Positions 1 to 9,635 of a stretch of DNA of 64,000 bases are shown here, in pieces. The position numbers were made by a program, and so were the translations under genes. Position 1 is the stretch's first letter. Every line of letters begins with the position of its first letter. The notes under the pieces were generated by a model, which ran no database searches, was not told where the DNA came from, and saw only the letters and a program-made list of their open reading frames with translations. Source of the stretch: Oscillospiraceae bacterium (GTDB lineage: Bacteria > Bacillota > Clostridia > Oscillospirales > Oscillospiraceae); contig SVLD01000002.1 of the NCBI GenBank assembly GCA_015068125.1, positions 24,533-88,532 on the forward strand, written 5' to 3'.

Positions 1-435
1 TGCGCCGATGATGGGAGACTGAATCCAGAAAGCGCTCCACCAGCCGGGGAGCTGCTGCAGCCGGCAGCGGCACTCATAGTAGCCGTAGCGGTGGAGGAAT
101 TTACTCTCCTTCAGCTTGCCGATGGGCCACTGGAGATGTTCGTTACCAAATTTAGTGGATTTTACCGGCTCATCCATGAAATTGTAGCCGGTCTGGAGCT
201 GAGAAGAAACCACCTCGCCGTTTTCTTCGAATATGGAGAAAACGGCACAGCTGTTTTCTACCTTAACACCCTTATCTGTCCAGGCGGGATGGCGCTTTCC
301 CATCATGCAAAGGCGATAATCCCATTTGGTTTCATCGATCGTATCGCCGTCAAATTCATCGGACCACACAAGCTTGAAATTCATACCCTCAGGCAAAAGA
401 CTGGGGCTGTGTCCCTTTACTTCATACAGTTGCAT
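1..435 (-). CDS. Glycoside hydrolase family 16 protein (5' part only, runs off the window)
   Basis: Not in the ORF track. Manual translation from the ATG at 435 gives MQLYEVKGH...KLVWSDEFDG...YGYYECRCRL..GWWSAFW, which are typical GH16 motifs. No signal peptide. Confidence 0.8.
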   Translation of the reverse strand, partial: MQLYEVKGHSPSLLPEGMNFKLVWSDEFDGDTIDETKWDYRLCMMGKRHPAWTDKGVKVENSCAVFSIFEENGEVVSSQLQTGYNFMDEPVKSTKFGNEHLQWPIGKLKESKFLHRYGYYECRCRLQQLPGWWSAFWIQSPIIGA

Positions 436-452
436 AATTTTTTCCTCACTTT

Positions 453-2048
453 TTATAGATTAACCGGGGTGGTTCCCATGAAGGGAATCTCTCCGCAGAC
501 GGAGCTAACATAGGCCTTGACTGCGCATTCCAGCATAGAATAGGCATTGACATAGCTCTGGGCTTTTTCAAAATACTGCGAACCGAAATAGGGCGAGCCG
601 AAGCTGACCACAGAAATCTTATCCACGGAGCCAGGCTCCATGTACATGTTTTGGATCATCTGGGCCTGTTTTCCGGAATAATCCAGGAAGCCGATGGGTC
701 GGAACGGACGGGAAAACGCAGCATAGATGATATGATCGTTTCGTGCGTAAAAGTCCTTCCGCAGATTTCCCTTGATTTCATCACCCTCTGTGTATTCCAC
801 TGCAAAGCCACGCTTTTCAAACTCTGTCTTTAAGATGTGGGCATCCTGCAGTGCAGGCTCATGCTGGCAGATCACGCAGATACCGAGCTTCGGAGTCTTT
901 TTAGCGGAAAGCGGATATGCATTCAGCCGATCACGGAGCAATGTTATGCTCTGCTGGGAACAGCGGCGCTGCACATCCAGGACAAAATCCTTTTCCTCCG
1001 GCTGCAGATCCCGGAACATTTCCCGATCCTGCGCAAACAGGCCTCTGCGTTCCTTGACACGGAGTATACGGCTCACCGCATCATCCAGGCGGGACATGGG
1101 AATTTCTCCGGATAAGATCGCCTGTTCCAGGTTGTCCACATAGCCGGCGCTGGGCCAGAGCATCATATCGCAGCCGGCCTTGAATGATTCAATCTCGGAA
1201 CGCTCCTGAGAATCGTACCAACCGGCAAAGCCGCCCATATTGATAGCATCCGTAACCACGATGCCTTCATATCCCATTTCGCCCTTCAAAAGATCGGTGA
1301 TTAGTTCCTTGCAAAGGGTTGCCGGCAGAGGCTTACCATACTTCTCGCTAAGCTTCTGCGGATACGCAGGCAAGCCGATATGGCCGGCCATGATGGAGTC
1401 TACGCCGGCGGTAATAGTTTCCGCAAAAACACGGCCATAGGTGGCACGCCAGTCATCCATGTCGCAGCTATTGTAGGTAGTTGTAATGTGTTGGTCACGG
1501 TAGTCCATGCCGTCGCCGGGGAAATGCTTCGCGCAGGCGGAAAGACCGTTATCCTGCATACCCTTGATGATCTGCGGCAGCATTTTTACTGCCAGGTCGG
1601 CATTATCCGTCATTCCTCGGTTGTTTACCAGAGGATTTCTGCGGTTGCGGTTCAGATCACTGACAGGAGAAAATGTCCAGTTCGCGCCGATGGAGCGAGC
1701 CTCCAGTGCGGTAGCCTTGCCGTAATCGTAGGCCAAGTCGGGGTCTGCGGTGGCGCCAAGTCCCATCATATAAGGCAGGGGTGTCAAAGCTTTGACCATG
1801 CTGCCGCAGCCGTTTTCAAAGTCCGAGGTGATGAGCGGCGGAATGCTGCATCCGTCGGTCAGTTCACGGACATAGCCTCGCAGCTGTTCCAGACCCTCTT
1901 CATCTGCTTCGGTAATGATCTGTCCGAAGAAGAAGGCTGCGCCGGGGGTAAAGTCGATCTTCTGTCCTTTTCTCATGAGGATAACAACGGTTTGCTCGAT
2001 CTTCTCACGCAGGGACATTTCTTCAATTTTCGGAATCCTATTATCCAT
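453..2048 (-). CDS. GH3 beta-glycosidase / beta-N-acetylhexosaminidase (Nag3-like)
   Basis: Motifs DFENG, KHFPGDGMDYRDQH, IMAGH and nucleophile region VTDAINM. Confidence 0.9.
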   Translation of the reverse strand: MDNRIPKIEEMSLREKIEQTVVILMRKGQKIDFTPGAAFFFGQIITEADEEGLEQLRGYVRELTDGCSIPPLITSDFENGCGSMVKALTPLPYMMGLGATADPDLAYDYGKATALEARSIGANWTFSPVSDLNRNRRNPLVNNRGMTDNADLAVKMLPQIIKGMQDNGLSACAKHFPGDGMDYRDQHITTTYNSCDMDDWRATYGRVFAETITAGVDSIMAGHIGLPAYPQKLSEKYGKPLPATLCKELITDLLKGEMGYEGIVVTDAINMGGFAGWYDSQERSEIESFKAGCDMMLWPSAGYVDNLEQAILSGEIPMSRLDDAVSRILRVKERRGLFAQDREMFRDLQPEEKDFVLDVQRRCSQQSITLLRDRLNAYPLSAKKTPKLGICVICQHEPALQDAHILKTEFEKRGFAVEYTEGDEIKGNLRKDFYARNDHIIYAAFSRPFRPIGFLDYSGKQAQMIQNMYMEPGSVDKISVVSFGSPYFGSQYFEKAQSYVNAYSMLECAVKAYVSSVCGEIPFMGTTPVNL

Positions 2049-2063
2049 ATTTTACACCTCACA

Positions 2064-3512
2064 TTACACGATCTCGTCGATAAAGTCACCGAACGCCAGC
2101 ATTTTGGGGGTATCCGAAATGGGAACATTAATCAGCTGCAGCTCCCCGTGCCCGGCATCCTTTATCATTTCATTCGGAAGCGTATAAATGCTACCGTCGG
2201 CAAGATCCACAAGTCGCACATTTTTGTCCAAACCGAAGGTTTGGAAAGAGATGGTTCCTTCGTATGTATGCGTCAGCAGAGGCACAGCGTTCCAATATAC
2301 GATCGCCTTGGCACCGTTGTCTTTGCCGAAGGTATACACGCAAATTGTCTTATCGTCACAATCATGACCTTTTACCCGCTTCGAAGGCAGGGAAACATGT
2401 CGCACTGTCAGCGGTTCGGGCTTGCAATCTTCCGAGAACAGCGCCGCCAGAACCTGCAGCGACCGATAAGAGGGCTTAGGCGTGTAGGAACCGGTGGAAA
2501 AACCGTCCTCATCAAAATCCGCACTCAGGACACCGAAATAACCGTAATCCAGATAGGAGCTCTTGTTCCCAATCAAGCCACGCAGTGCTTCGATCATATC
2601 CATGGTGGAGAAATAAGATGTAAATGTCACATCCGCAGCCAGGTCGTGGAGCATGTTGCGAAGCTGATGCTTCATCTGCTTTTCTTTCGTCCAGGAAAGG
2701 CCGCTCAATGCGCCGGCACCATCGCTTCTCGACTGGGCACCGGTCTCACTCTGGATGATCTCAATGCCCGGACGGTAGCTGTCCAACAGCCTGCGGAAGG
2801 TCTTCAAGTAATCCGGCCGCAGCGTATCATCCGCAGTATAAGCGTGGAAGGACAGCGCATCGATGCGATCACCCATTCCTTCCGCCAGCGCGGTGTTCAT
2901 GTATGTAAAGTTATAGGCTTGGGCAATGGCAAAACCCACCGCCTTAGCTTTGGGATCGGCGGCATGGATGGCATCGGCAGTCAGGTTTGCCAAAAGCGCA
3001 TACTCATGGGCGTTGGGCCCCGGCTCCTCCTCATCCTCCGCGTGGGCATGCTTCCAGCTGTAACGGCTGTCCGGTTCGTTCCAGATTTCGTAGTATTCCA
3101 CCTTTCCCCGGTAATGGGTCACCACTGCAGAGACATAGCGCACCCAGGCATCCCGTTCCTCCTGCGTCGCAATCGGCGGACAGCCAACGGCGCCAAAATA
3201 CACGGAAGCAAAGGGACTGTAAATCGGATTGCCGTAGCACAGGCAGATCCAGGGCTTCATGCCACGGAGCAGAATATTATCCACGATGTCATCAAGCCAT
3301 GCGAAATCGTAAACGCCCTTTTCCTTTTCGGTTCTAGCCCAGCCGGACTGTATCCGGATCCACTTGACGCCAATGGCAGCCACTTTATCATAGGCTTTCT
3401 CAGGATCAAAAACCGCGCGATCCAGCTTCTCAAAGCCGATACCGAGGCGCGAATTTTTGATTTCGTGGGCACACTTGCTTTTCACGGTTCCCACTTTTGT
3501 TAAACGTTCCAT
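2064..3512 (-). CDS. Clan GH-A glycoside hydrolase (GH39/GH5/GH42-like)
   Basis: WARTEKEKGVYDFAWLD, acid/base EIWNEPD and nucleophile-like IQSETG. Start placed at MERL, which follows an SD-like AGAGAGGA. Confidence 0.75.
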   Translation of the reverse strand: MERLTKVGTVKSKCAHEIKNSRLGIGFEKLDRAVFDPEKAYDKVAAIGVKWIRIQSGWARTEKEKGVYDFAWLDDIVDNILLRGMKPWICLCYGNPIYSPFASVYFGAVGCPPIATQEERDAWVRYVSAVVTHYRGKVEYYEIWNEPDSRYSWKHAHAEDEEEPGPNAHEYALLANLTADAIHAADPKAKAVGFAIAQAYNFTYMNTALAEGMGDRIDALSFHAYTADDTLRPDYLKTFRRLLDSYRPGIEIIQSETGAQSRSDGAGALSGLSWTKEKQMKHQLRNMLHDLAADVTFTSYFSTMDMIEALRGLIGNKSSYLDYGYFGVLSADFDEDGFSTGSYTPKPSYRSLQVLAALFSEDCKPEPLTVRHVSLPSKRVKGHDCDDKTICVYTFGKDNGAKAIVYWNAVPLLTHTYEGTISFQTFGLDKNVRLVDLADGSIYTLPNEMIKDAGHGELQLINVPISDTPKMLAFGDFIDEIV

Positions 3513-3686
3513 ATGTATTTCCTCTCTTTTCAGTAACAGCGGAGTCTTTTTCAATTTCCATTATGAAGCATTTTAGCAGTGCAGTATATCATAATATTGT
3601 GTTAGGATTACATATTCTTACGAAATGTCTTGTTATTTGCTCAGAATAGTGTTACAATATTCACACATCCTTCATGGAGGTAGTGT

Positions 3687-4496
3687 ATGAGGCTTTGTGA
3701 ACTGACGAATTATGGTGTATTTGATACCAAAATCGCGCGGCCAGACAAAAAGCGTTCCGCATCCAGAAACACCGATGTGTTCGAAATCGAATATTACATA
3801 AGTGCAAACGGGAAAGCGATCATAAATGACCGAGCTTACGAGATGGCCCCCGGCACCCTGCTTTGCGCAAAGCCCGGACAGAAGCGCAGCAGCATATTCC
3901 ACTTCCGCTGCTACTTTCTGCACATCCGTCTGCCGGAGGATTCACGATACCGCGCATTGCTTGAGCAAACGCCCGACTTTTTCCAGATCGTCGACGGACA
4001 GGCTTACGGGCGACTGTTTGAAACACTGACAGAACATTTGCTCAGCGAAGGTTACGATCCTGATTCAGATTTTGTAAATGCAAAGCTGCTGGAGTTGTTT
4101 TATTATCTCAATAAGGACAGCCAAAACAACCGGAACTGTCCCGAACAATTTGACAGAAATAACTACCGCTTTATCCCAAAGGTTCTGGAGTACATACAAC
4201 AGAACCACCAAAAGAACCTCACCTTAGCCGAAATGGCAGATCTTGCGGGATATTCGCCAAATTACTTTCACAATATATTCCGAACCGTTATGGGCATCAC
4301 ACCTCAGGAATATTTGATGCAGCAACGGTTACAGCACGCAAAATTACTTCTGATCCATACAGACAATACATTGTCCGAGATTGCCTATGAATGCGGTTTC
4401 TCATCACAATCTCATTTGTGCGCCAGATTTAAACGAAGCGTTCTTTGCACGCCCGGTGAATACCGGCAACGAAACATGAACCGCTATCGAACATAA
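3687..4496 (+). CDS. AraC family transcriptional regulator
   Basis: N-terminal cupin-like domain and C-terminal double HTH (LSEIAYECGFSSQSHL). Divergent from the GH genes. Confidence 0.93.
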   Translation: MRLCELTNYGVFDTKIARPDKKRSASRNTDVFEIEYYISANGKAIINDRAYEMAPGTLLCAKPGQKRSSIFHFRCYFLHIRLPEDSRYRALLEQTPDFFQIVDGQAYGRLFETLTEHLLSEGYDPDSDFVNAKLLELFYYLNKDSQNNRNCPEQFDRNNYRFIPKVLEYIQQNHQKNLTLAEMADLAGYSPNYFHNIFRTVMGITPQEYLMQQRLQHAKLLLIHTDNTLSEIAYECGFSSQSHLCARFKRSVLCTPGEYRQRNMNRYRT

Positions 4497-4511
4497 AATT
4501 AGGAATAGGAT

Positions 4512-5861
4512 ATGGTTTTTATGAATAATACAATTTACGATTACATCCAGTCTAAAAGTTTCTGCTGCCAGTGCGGAAAGATTCACGGCAGCGCTCTGCA
4601 GGAGTTGATCATCGAGGCCGGGGCTCTGAAAAAGCTCCCCGGACTGATCAAGAAATACGGTGGCCACAAGGTGTTCGTTTTATCGGATGTCAACACCCAT
4701 TCTGCCGCAGGCGAAACAGTTTGTGCGCTGCTGCAAGATGCAGGTATCCCCTATTCCGGCTATGTGTTTCCCCAGGCGCATTTGGAGCCGGACGAGTTTG
4801 CTGTAGGCGGAGCTGTGATGCATTTTGACAGTTCCTGCGACCTGATTTTGGGTGTAGGTTCCGGTGTGATCAATGATATCGGCAAGATTCTCGCCAACTT
4901 GACCGGCAAGCTGTATATGATCGTTGCCACCGCCCCTTCCATGGATGGCTACGCCTCTGCAACCAGCTCCATGGCCCGCAGCGGCTTGAAGGTTTCGCTG
5001 AACTCCTGCTGCCCTTCTGTGATCATCGGCGATCTGGAGGTACTCTGCGCCGCCCCGGAGCAGATGCTGCAGTCCGGTTTGGGCGACATGGTGGCAAAGT
5101 ATGTATCTATCTGCGAGTGGCGGATTGCCAATCTGCTGATCGGCGAGGAATACTGCCCAACAATCGCGCAGATGGTCCGGGAAGCGCTTCACAAATGCGT
5201 AACAAATTCTGAGGCATTGGTGCGACGGGAGCCCGATGCTGTTGCGGCAGTCATGGAGGGTTTGGTGATCACAGGCATCGCCATGAGTTACGCCGGCATA
5301 TCCCGCCCCGCTTCCGGTATGGAGCACTATTTTTCACACATTTGGGACATGCGTGGCCTGGCTTTTGGTACAGCTGTGGATACCCATGGCATCCAGTGCG
5401 GTATCGGAACGCTGATGGGCATCCGCACTTACGAGCAGATCTGCAAACTTACCCCCAACAAAGAAAAGGCCCTTGCCTATGTAACTGCCTTTGATGCCGA
5501 AGCATGGAACGAAACCCTGCTGGAATTTCTGGGTAGCGGTGCGGAAGCTATGATCCAAAACGAGTGCAAGGAGGGCAAGTATGATAAGAATAAGCATGCT
5601 CATCGGCTGGAAATTATCCTGAAGAACTGGGATAACGTTCTGAAAATCATAGAAGAAGAAATTCCCGCCTATGAACTCGTCGCACAGGCGCTAAAGGCCG
5701 TCGGCGCGCCTACACTGCCGGAACAACTCGGTATCAGCCAGGAAGAAATCCGTGGAGCATTCCTAACGGCCAAGGATATCCGGGATAAATATGTGGGTAC
5801 TCGTCTATTATGGGATCTCGGTTGTCTGGAGGAAGTCGCGGATACGCTGTTTCCTTTGTAA
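4512..5861 (+). CDS. sn-glycerol-1-phosphate dehydrogenase (AraM/EgsA type)
   Basis: CxCGKxH N-terminus, GVGSGVINDIGK, TAPSMDGYAS, SRPASGMEH and HGIQCG. Confidence 0.88.
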   Translation: MVFMNNTIYDYIQSKSFCCQCGKIHGSALQELIIEAGALKKLPGLIKKYGGHKVFVLSDVNTHSAAGETVCALLQDAGIPYSGYVFPQAHLEPDEFAVGGAVMHFDSSCDLILGVGSGVINDIGKILANLTGKLYMIVATAPSMDGYASATSSMARSGLKVSLNSCCPSVIIGDLEVLCAAPEQMLQSGLGDMVAKYVSICEWRIANLLIGEEYCPTIAQMVREALHKCVTNSEALVRREPDAVAAVMEGLVITGIAMSYAGISRPASGMEHYFSHIWDMRGLAFGTAVDTHGIQCGIGTLMGIRTYEQICKLTPNKEKALAYVTAFDAEAWNETLLEFLGSGAEAMIQNECKEGKYDKNKHAHRLEIILKNWDNVLKIIEEEIPAYELVAQALKAVGAPTLPEQLGISQEEIRGAFLTAKDIRDKYVGTRLLWDLGCLEEVADTLFPL

Positions 5862-5943
5862 TATTTCGTTTTTATGGGAAAATAAAAACGAAGAGATATC
5901 CATCGGCACCATCGAATGGGAATAATATCCGTTTCAATTCCAG

Positions 5944-5979
5944 CGGCAGAGAGATTGATTTCTCTCTGCCGTTTCTTTT
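5944..5979 (+). terminator. Rho-independent terminator
   Basis: CGGCAGAGAGA-loop-TCTCTCTGCCG followed by a T-rich tail. Confidence 0.75.
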
Positions 5980-5986
5980 GCGCCAC

Positions 5987-6019
5987 TTGACAAACAGCAT
6001 ACTTCGTGTTACGATGTAT
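5987..6019 (+). promoter_or_regulatory. SigA promoter with overlapping palindrome (probable PadR operator)
   Basis: TTGACA-17-TACGAT. Imperfect palindrome ATACTTCGT-GTT-ACGATGTAT at 5999-6019. Confidence 0.6.
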
Positions 6020-6039
6020 TCGATAAAAGGAGGTATGGT

Positions 6040-6366
6040 ATGGATATTCAATTGAAGCGAGGACTTCTGGATGTCTGCGTTCTGGCGGCCATCAAGAACG
6101 AAGATTCCTACGGCTACAAGATCATCAAGGATATGAAGCCTTACATTGCGCTTTCTGAATCGACCCTGTATACCATCCTCAAGCGTCTGGAATTGGCGGA
6201 TATGCTGTCTGTGCGTACCACAGAGCACGGCGGCAGGCTGCGGAAATACTACCACATTACCGATGCCGGTCTGAAACGCATCGCGGAATTCAAGGATGAC
6301 TGGCAGGAAATTCTGTCTATTTACCGATTTGTAACCAAGGAGGATGACGGCAATGACCAAACTTAA
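6040..6366 (+). CDS. PadR family transcriptional regulator
   Basis: YGYKIIK...SESTLYTILKRLE...RKYYHITDAG. Confidence 0.93.
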   Translation: MDIQLKRGLLDVCVLAAIKNEDSYGYKIIKDMKPYIALSESTLYTILKRLELADMLSVRTTEHGGRLRKYYHITDAGLKRIAEFKDDWQEILSIYRFVTKEDDGNDQT

Positions 6367-6952
6367 GTTTCTTTTGACATTGCACGAGAAATTGTCGGGC
6401 TTGCCCCAGGACGAGGTGGAGGAACGCCTGCATTTTTACAGCGAAATGATCGAGGATCGGATGGAGGAAGGACTTTCCGAGGAAGATGCGGTTGCGGCAG
6501 TGGGTTCTGTTGATGAAATTGCCGCCCAGATTGCCGCAGACATTCCCCTTGCCAAAATCGCAAAGGATAGAATAAAACCGAAGCGGCGTCTGAAGGCATG
6601 GGAGATTGTTTTGCTGGCTCTTGGCTCCCCTATTTGGCTATCTCTGTTGATTGCCGCGTTTGCCGTGGTGCTTTCCGTTTATGCTGCGTTGTGGTCTGTC
6701 GTGGTCTCCCTTTGGGCCGTATTTGCTTCCCTGGTTGGTGGCGCCCTTGGCGGCATCGTGGCAGGAATTGGCTTTGCTTTGGGCGGTAAGGTCATTGCAG
6801 GATCTGCCTTGCTTGGAGGCGGTATTGTCTGCGTCGGGCTTTCCATCTTCCTGTTCTTCGGATGCAAAGCCGCTGCAAAAGGCCTGTTGGCTCTTACCAA
6901 GCTGGTAGTGGTATGGATCAAACAGCTTTTTATCAAAAAGGAGGAAGCATAA
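6353..6952 (+). CDS. DUF1700 (HAAS-like) membrane protein
   Basis: FLxxLxxKLSGLPQDE..YSEMIEDRMEEG.SEEDAVAAVGS followed by hydrophobic helices. Typical PadR partner. Confidence 0.85.
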   Translation: MTKLKFLLTLHEKLSGLPQDEVEERLHFYSEMIEDRMEEGLSEEDAVAAVGSVDEIAAQIAADIPLAKIAKDRIKPKRRLKAWEIVLLALGSPIWLSLLIAAFAVVLSVYAALWSVVVSLWAVFASLVGGALGGIVAGIGFALGGKVIAGSALLGGGIVCVGLSIFLFFGCKAAAKGLLALTKLVVVWIKQLFIKKEEA

Positions 6953-7911
6953 TGGATAAGAAAATGAAAATTTGGCTTATCGTCGCGGCTTCCCTTGTAC
7001 TGGTCGGCGCAATTATTTTCGGAGGTGTGATGACGGTGCTGAAATGGGATTTTACGAAATTATCTACATACAAATATGAAACGAACGAGCACACGCTGCA
7101 AGAAAAGTTCCAAAACATCCAGATCGTTACGGACACGGCGGATATTGTGTTTTTACCCACTGAAAAGAACAACGCTTCCGTTATTTGCTACGAGCAGGAA
7201 AATGTACACCATTCTGTTGGCGTAGCGGATGGTACTCTTGTGATCGAGGTTGCGGATTCCAGAAAGTGGTATGAATACATCGGCATCAATTTTGGTGCGC
7301 CCAAAATAACCGTATATCTCCCTCAGGGTCAATATGCTTCTCTTTCCATAAAATCAAGCACCGGAGATGTAGTTATTCCCAAGGAATTCGCCTTTGAAAG
7401 CATGGATATTTCAGAAAGCACCGGCGATGTAACCAACTACGCATCCACTTCCCTGTTTACGAAAATTAAGACAAGCACGGGTAGTATACGGGTGGAAAAC
7501 GCCTCGGTGGGTATGCTTGATCTTTCCGTTTCCACAGGCAGCGTAACCGTTTCCAATGTGACCTGCGCCGGTGATGTGAAGATCCAGGTTTCTACCGGCA
7601 AGGCAAACCTCACCGATATTCGATGCAAAAACCTGATCTCCGGCGGAAACACCGGCGACATTACGCTGAAGAATGTGATTGCCACGGAAAAGTTTTCTAT
7701 TGAAAGAAGCACCGGAGATGTGAAATTCGACGGCTGCGATGCCGCTGAAATTTTCGTCCGCACCGATACCGGCGATGTTACCGGAAGTTTGCTTTCTGAA
7801 AAGCATTTCTTTGCGGAAACCGATACCGGCCGTGTGGATGTACCAAAATGCACCACCGGCGGTCGATGCGAAATCCAAACAGACACAGGCAACATTAAAA
7901 TTACGATATGA
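6952..7911 (+). CDS. DUF4097 (toastrack) beta-strand repeat protein
   Basis: N-terminal TM helix and many STGD/TDTG repeats. The start overlaps the upstream stop (TAATG). Confidence 0.85.
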   Translation: MDKKMKIWLIVAASLVLVGAIIFGGVMTVLKWDFTKLSTYKYETNEHTLQEKFQNIQIVTDTADIVFLPTEKNNASVICYEQENVHHSVGVADGTLVIEVADSRKWYEYIGINFGAPKITVYLPQGQYASLSIKSSTGDVVIPKEFAFESMDISESTGDVTNYASTSLFTKIKTSTGSIRVENASVGMLDLSVSTGSVTVSNVTCAGDVKIQVSTGKANLTDIRCKNLISGGNTGDITLKNVIATEKFSIERSTGDVKFDGCDAAEIFVRTDTGDVTGSLLSEKHFFAETDTGRVDVPKCTTGGRCEIQTDTGNIKITI

Positions 7912-7921
7912 CCGAGCAGAA

Positions 7922-7948
7922 CCGCGGCAGAGTCATTCTCTGCCGCGG
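7922..7948. terminator. Hairpin between convergent genes
   Basis: CCGCGGCAGAG-TCATT-CTCTGCCGCGG. Confidence 0.7.
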
Positions 7949-7959
7949 CTTTCTCTTCC

Positions 7960-8850
7960 CTATGATTGATGATGGTGGTGACCGTGGTGAGCACCGTGTT
8001 CCACGTGGCAGCATTTTTCGGAGCATGGCTCATTTTCTGTTTCCAGCTCCAGAGTTACATGGCCGATACCGCATTCTGCAAGGGTATTTCGAACTTGTTC
8101 CTTGATCGCATGGGGATCAGCATTGGTTACGATGTGCATGGTAGCGTAATTGCGTTGGCCGTCCATGGTCCAAATATGGATGTGGTGAACATCCAGAACG
8201 CCGCCGATCCGAGAAACGGATTTTTCCACTTCTTTTACTGCGATCCCCCAGGGTGTTTTCTCCAAAAACAGACAGATCACTTCCCGCAGATTGTCGACTG
8301 CGTGTATGATTATAAATATCGCAACACCGATAGACATGATCGGGTCAAGAATTGCAATATCTGCGAAGCGCATAATTACCGCACCGATGAGCACCACGAC
8401 CCAGCCCAGCACATCCTCAAGCATATGCAGATTGACCGCTTTCTGGTTGAGGGATTCTCCATCCCGGGTAACAAAAGCTGCGGTCAAGTTGACAATTACG
8501 CCGATACCTGCAAAGACGATCATGCCATCATAGTGAATTCCCATTGGATTTACAATTCGGCCAGCCGCATGACAGATCACAATCGCAGAGCCCAGCAAAA
8601 GAATCAGCGTGGTAATGGCGCTGCCTATGACCGAGTATCGTGCGTATCCGTAGGTATATGTTTCGTCAGGTTGTCGCTTACTCTTTCTCTCCAGGATATA
8701 GGATATCCCTATACTGGATGCATCTCCCAGATCGTGCAGCGCATCAGACATAATGGCCACACTGCCGGTAAACAAGCCTCCTATCAGTTCAAAAACAGAA
8801 AATGCCAAATTCAGAACAAAGGCGACGAAAATATTCCGCTCCGATTTCAT
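7960..8850 (-). CDS. Cation diffusion facilitator (CzcD-like) transporter
   Basis: SDALHDLGD, LHMLEDVLG, HHIHIW and a His-rich C-terminus. Confidence 0.92.
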   Translation of the reverse strand: MKSERNIFVAFVLNLAFSVFELIGGLFTGSVAIMSDALHDLGDASSIGISYILERKSKRQPDETYTYGYARYSVIGSAITTLILLLGSAIVICHAAGRIVNPMGIHYDGMIVFAGIGVIVNLTAAFVTRDGESLNQKAVNLHMLEDVLGWVVVLIGAVIMRFADIAILDPIMSIGVAIFIIIHAVDNLREVICLFLEKTPWGIAVKEVEKSVSRIGGVLDVHHIHIWTMDGQRNYATMHIVTNADPHAIKEQVRNTLAECGIGHVTLELETENEPCSEKCCHVEHGAHHGHHHHQS

Positions 8851-9010
8851 AGGAACCCTCCTGTTGACAAAAATCACATTTTTAGTACAATTAGTTCTGT
8901 AGCGTACTAACTGTTTATTATTTTATGCAATTGCCGCCGTCGGGGCAACAAGCAAATTCCCACCTCTGTATGATACGGAACAATTTTGAAAGAATGTATG
9001 GAGAGAAACT

Positions 9011-9562
9011 ATGGACAGACGACAAAGGAAGACACGGGAAGACATTTTCTCCGCGTTTACCACCCTCTTATCTGCAAAGGATTTCGGGCAAATCACCGTC
9101 GGTGAGATCATCGAAAAGGCGGATGTGGGCAGGGCGACATTTTATGCTCATTTCGAAACCAAAGATTATCTGTTAAAGGCGTTGTGCGAGGAATTATTTT
9201 GTCATGTTTTTGATCATTTGGAGAATAATCAAACTGTGCACAACCACATTTTTCATTGTGATCCCCCGGAGTCCGGATTTTTGCACCTTTTTCAGCACCT
9301 GCTGAAAAATGACAATCACATTTTGGAGCTGCTGTCGTGTCAGAATAATGACCTGTTTTTCCAATACTTTAAAGAAAACCTTCAAAAAATGGTTATCCAC
9401 GAATTACCCGCATTTGAAAATCGGAAAAATCCTCAGTTGCCCGACAGCTTTTGGATCAACCATATATCCTCTACATTCGTAGAAACCGTTCGGTGGTGGA
9501 TCGACAACGGCATGAAAGAGTCACCCGAAACCATAACACAGTATTTCTATTTGGCGGTATAA
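9011..9562 (+). CDS. TetR/AcrR family transcriptional regulator
   Basis: MDRRQRKTR...ITVGEIIEKADVGRATFYAHFETK. Confidence 0.92.
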   Translation: MDRRQRKTREDIFSAFTTLLSAKDFGQITVGEIIEKADVGRATFYAHFETKDYLLKALCEELFCHVFDHLENNQTVHNHIFHCDPPESGFLHLFQHLLKNDNHILELLSCQNNDLFFQYFKENLQKMVIHELPAFENRKNPQLPDSFWINHISSTFVETVRWWIDNGMKESPETITQYFYLAV

Positions 9563-9574
9563 GTTCCACAATAT

Positions 9575-9615
9575 AACAAACAACGCTGCACATTAAATGT
9601 GCAGCGTTGTTTGTT
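9575..9615. terminator. Bidirectional terminator
   Basis: Long perfect stem AACAAACAACGCTGCACAT / ATGTGCAGCGTTGTTTGTT between convergent genes. Confidence 0.8.
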
Positions 9616-9635
9616 ATTCATAGTATTTTACCGGG

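Noticed and set aside
91-513. 140-aa plus-strand ORF
   Set aside because: It is antisense to the partial GH16 gene (1-435, minus strand), which has clear family motifs.
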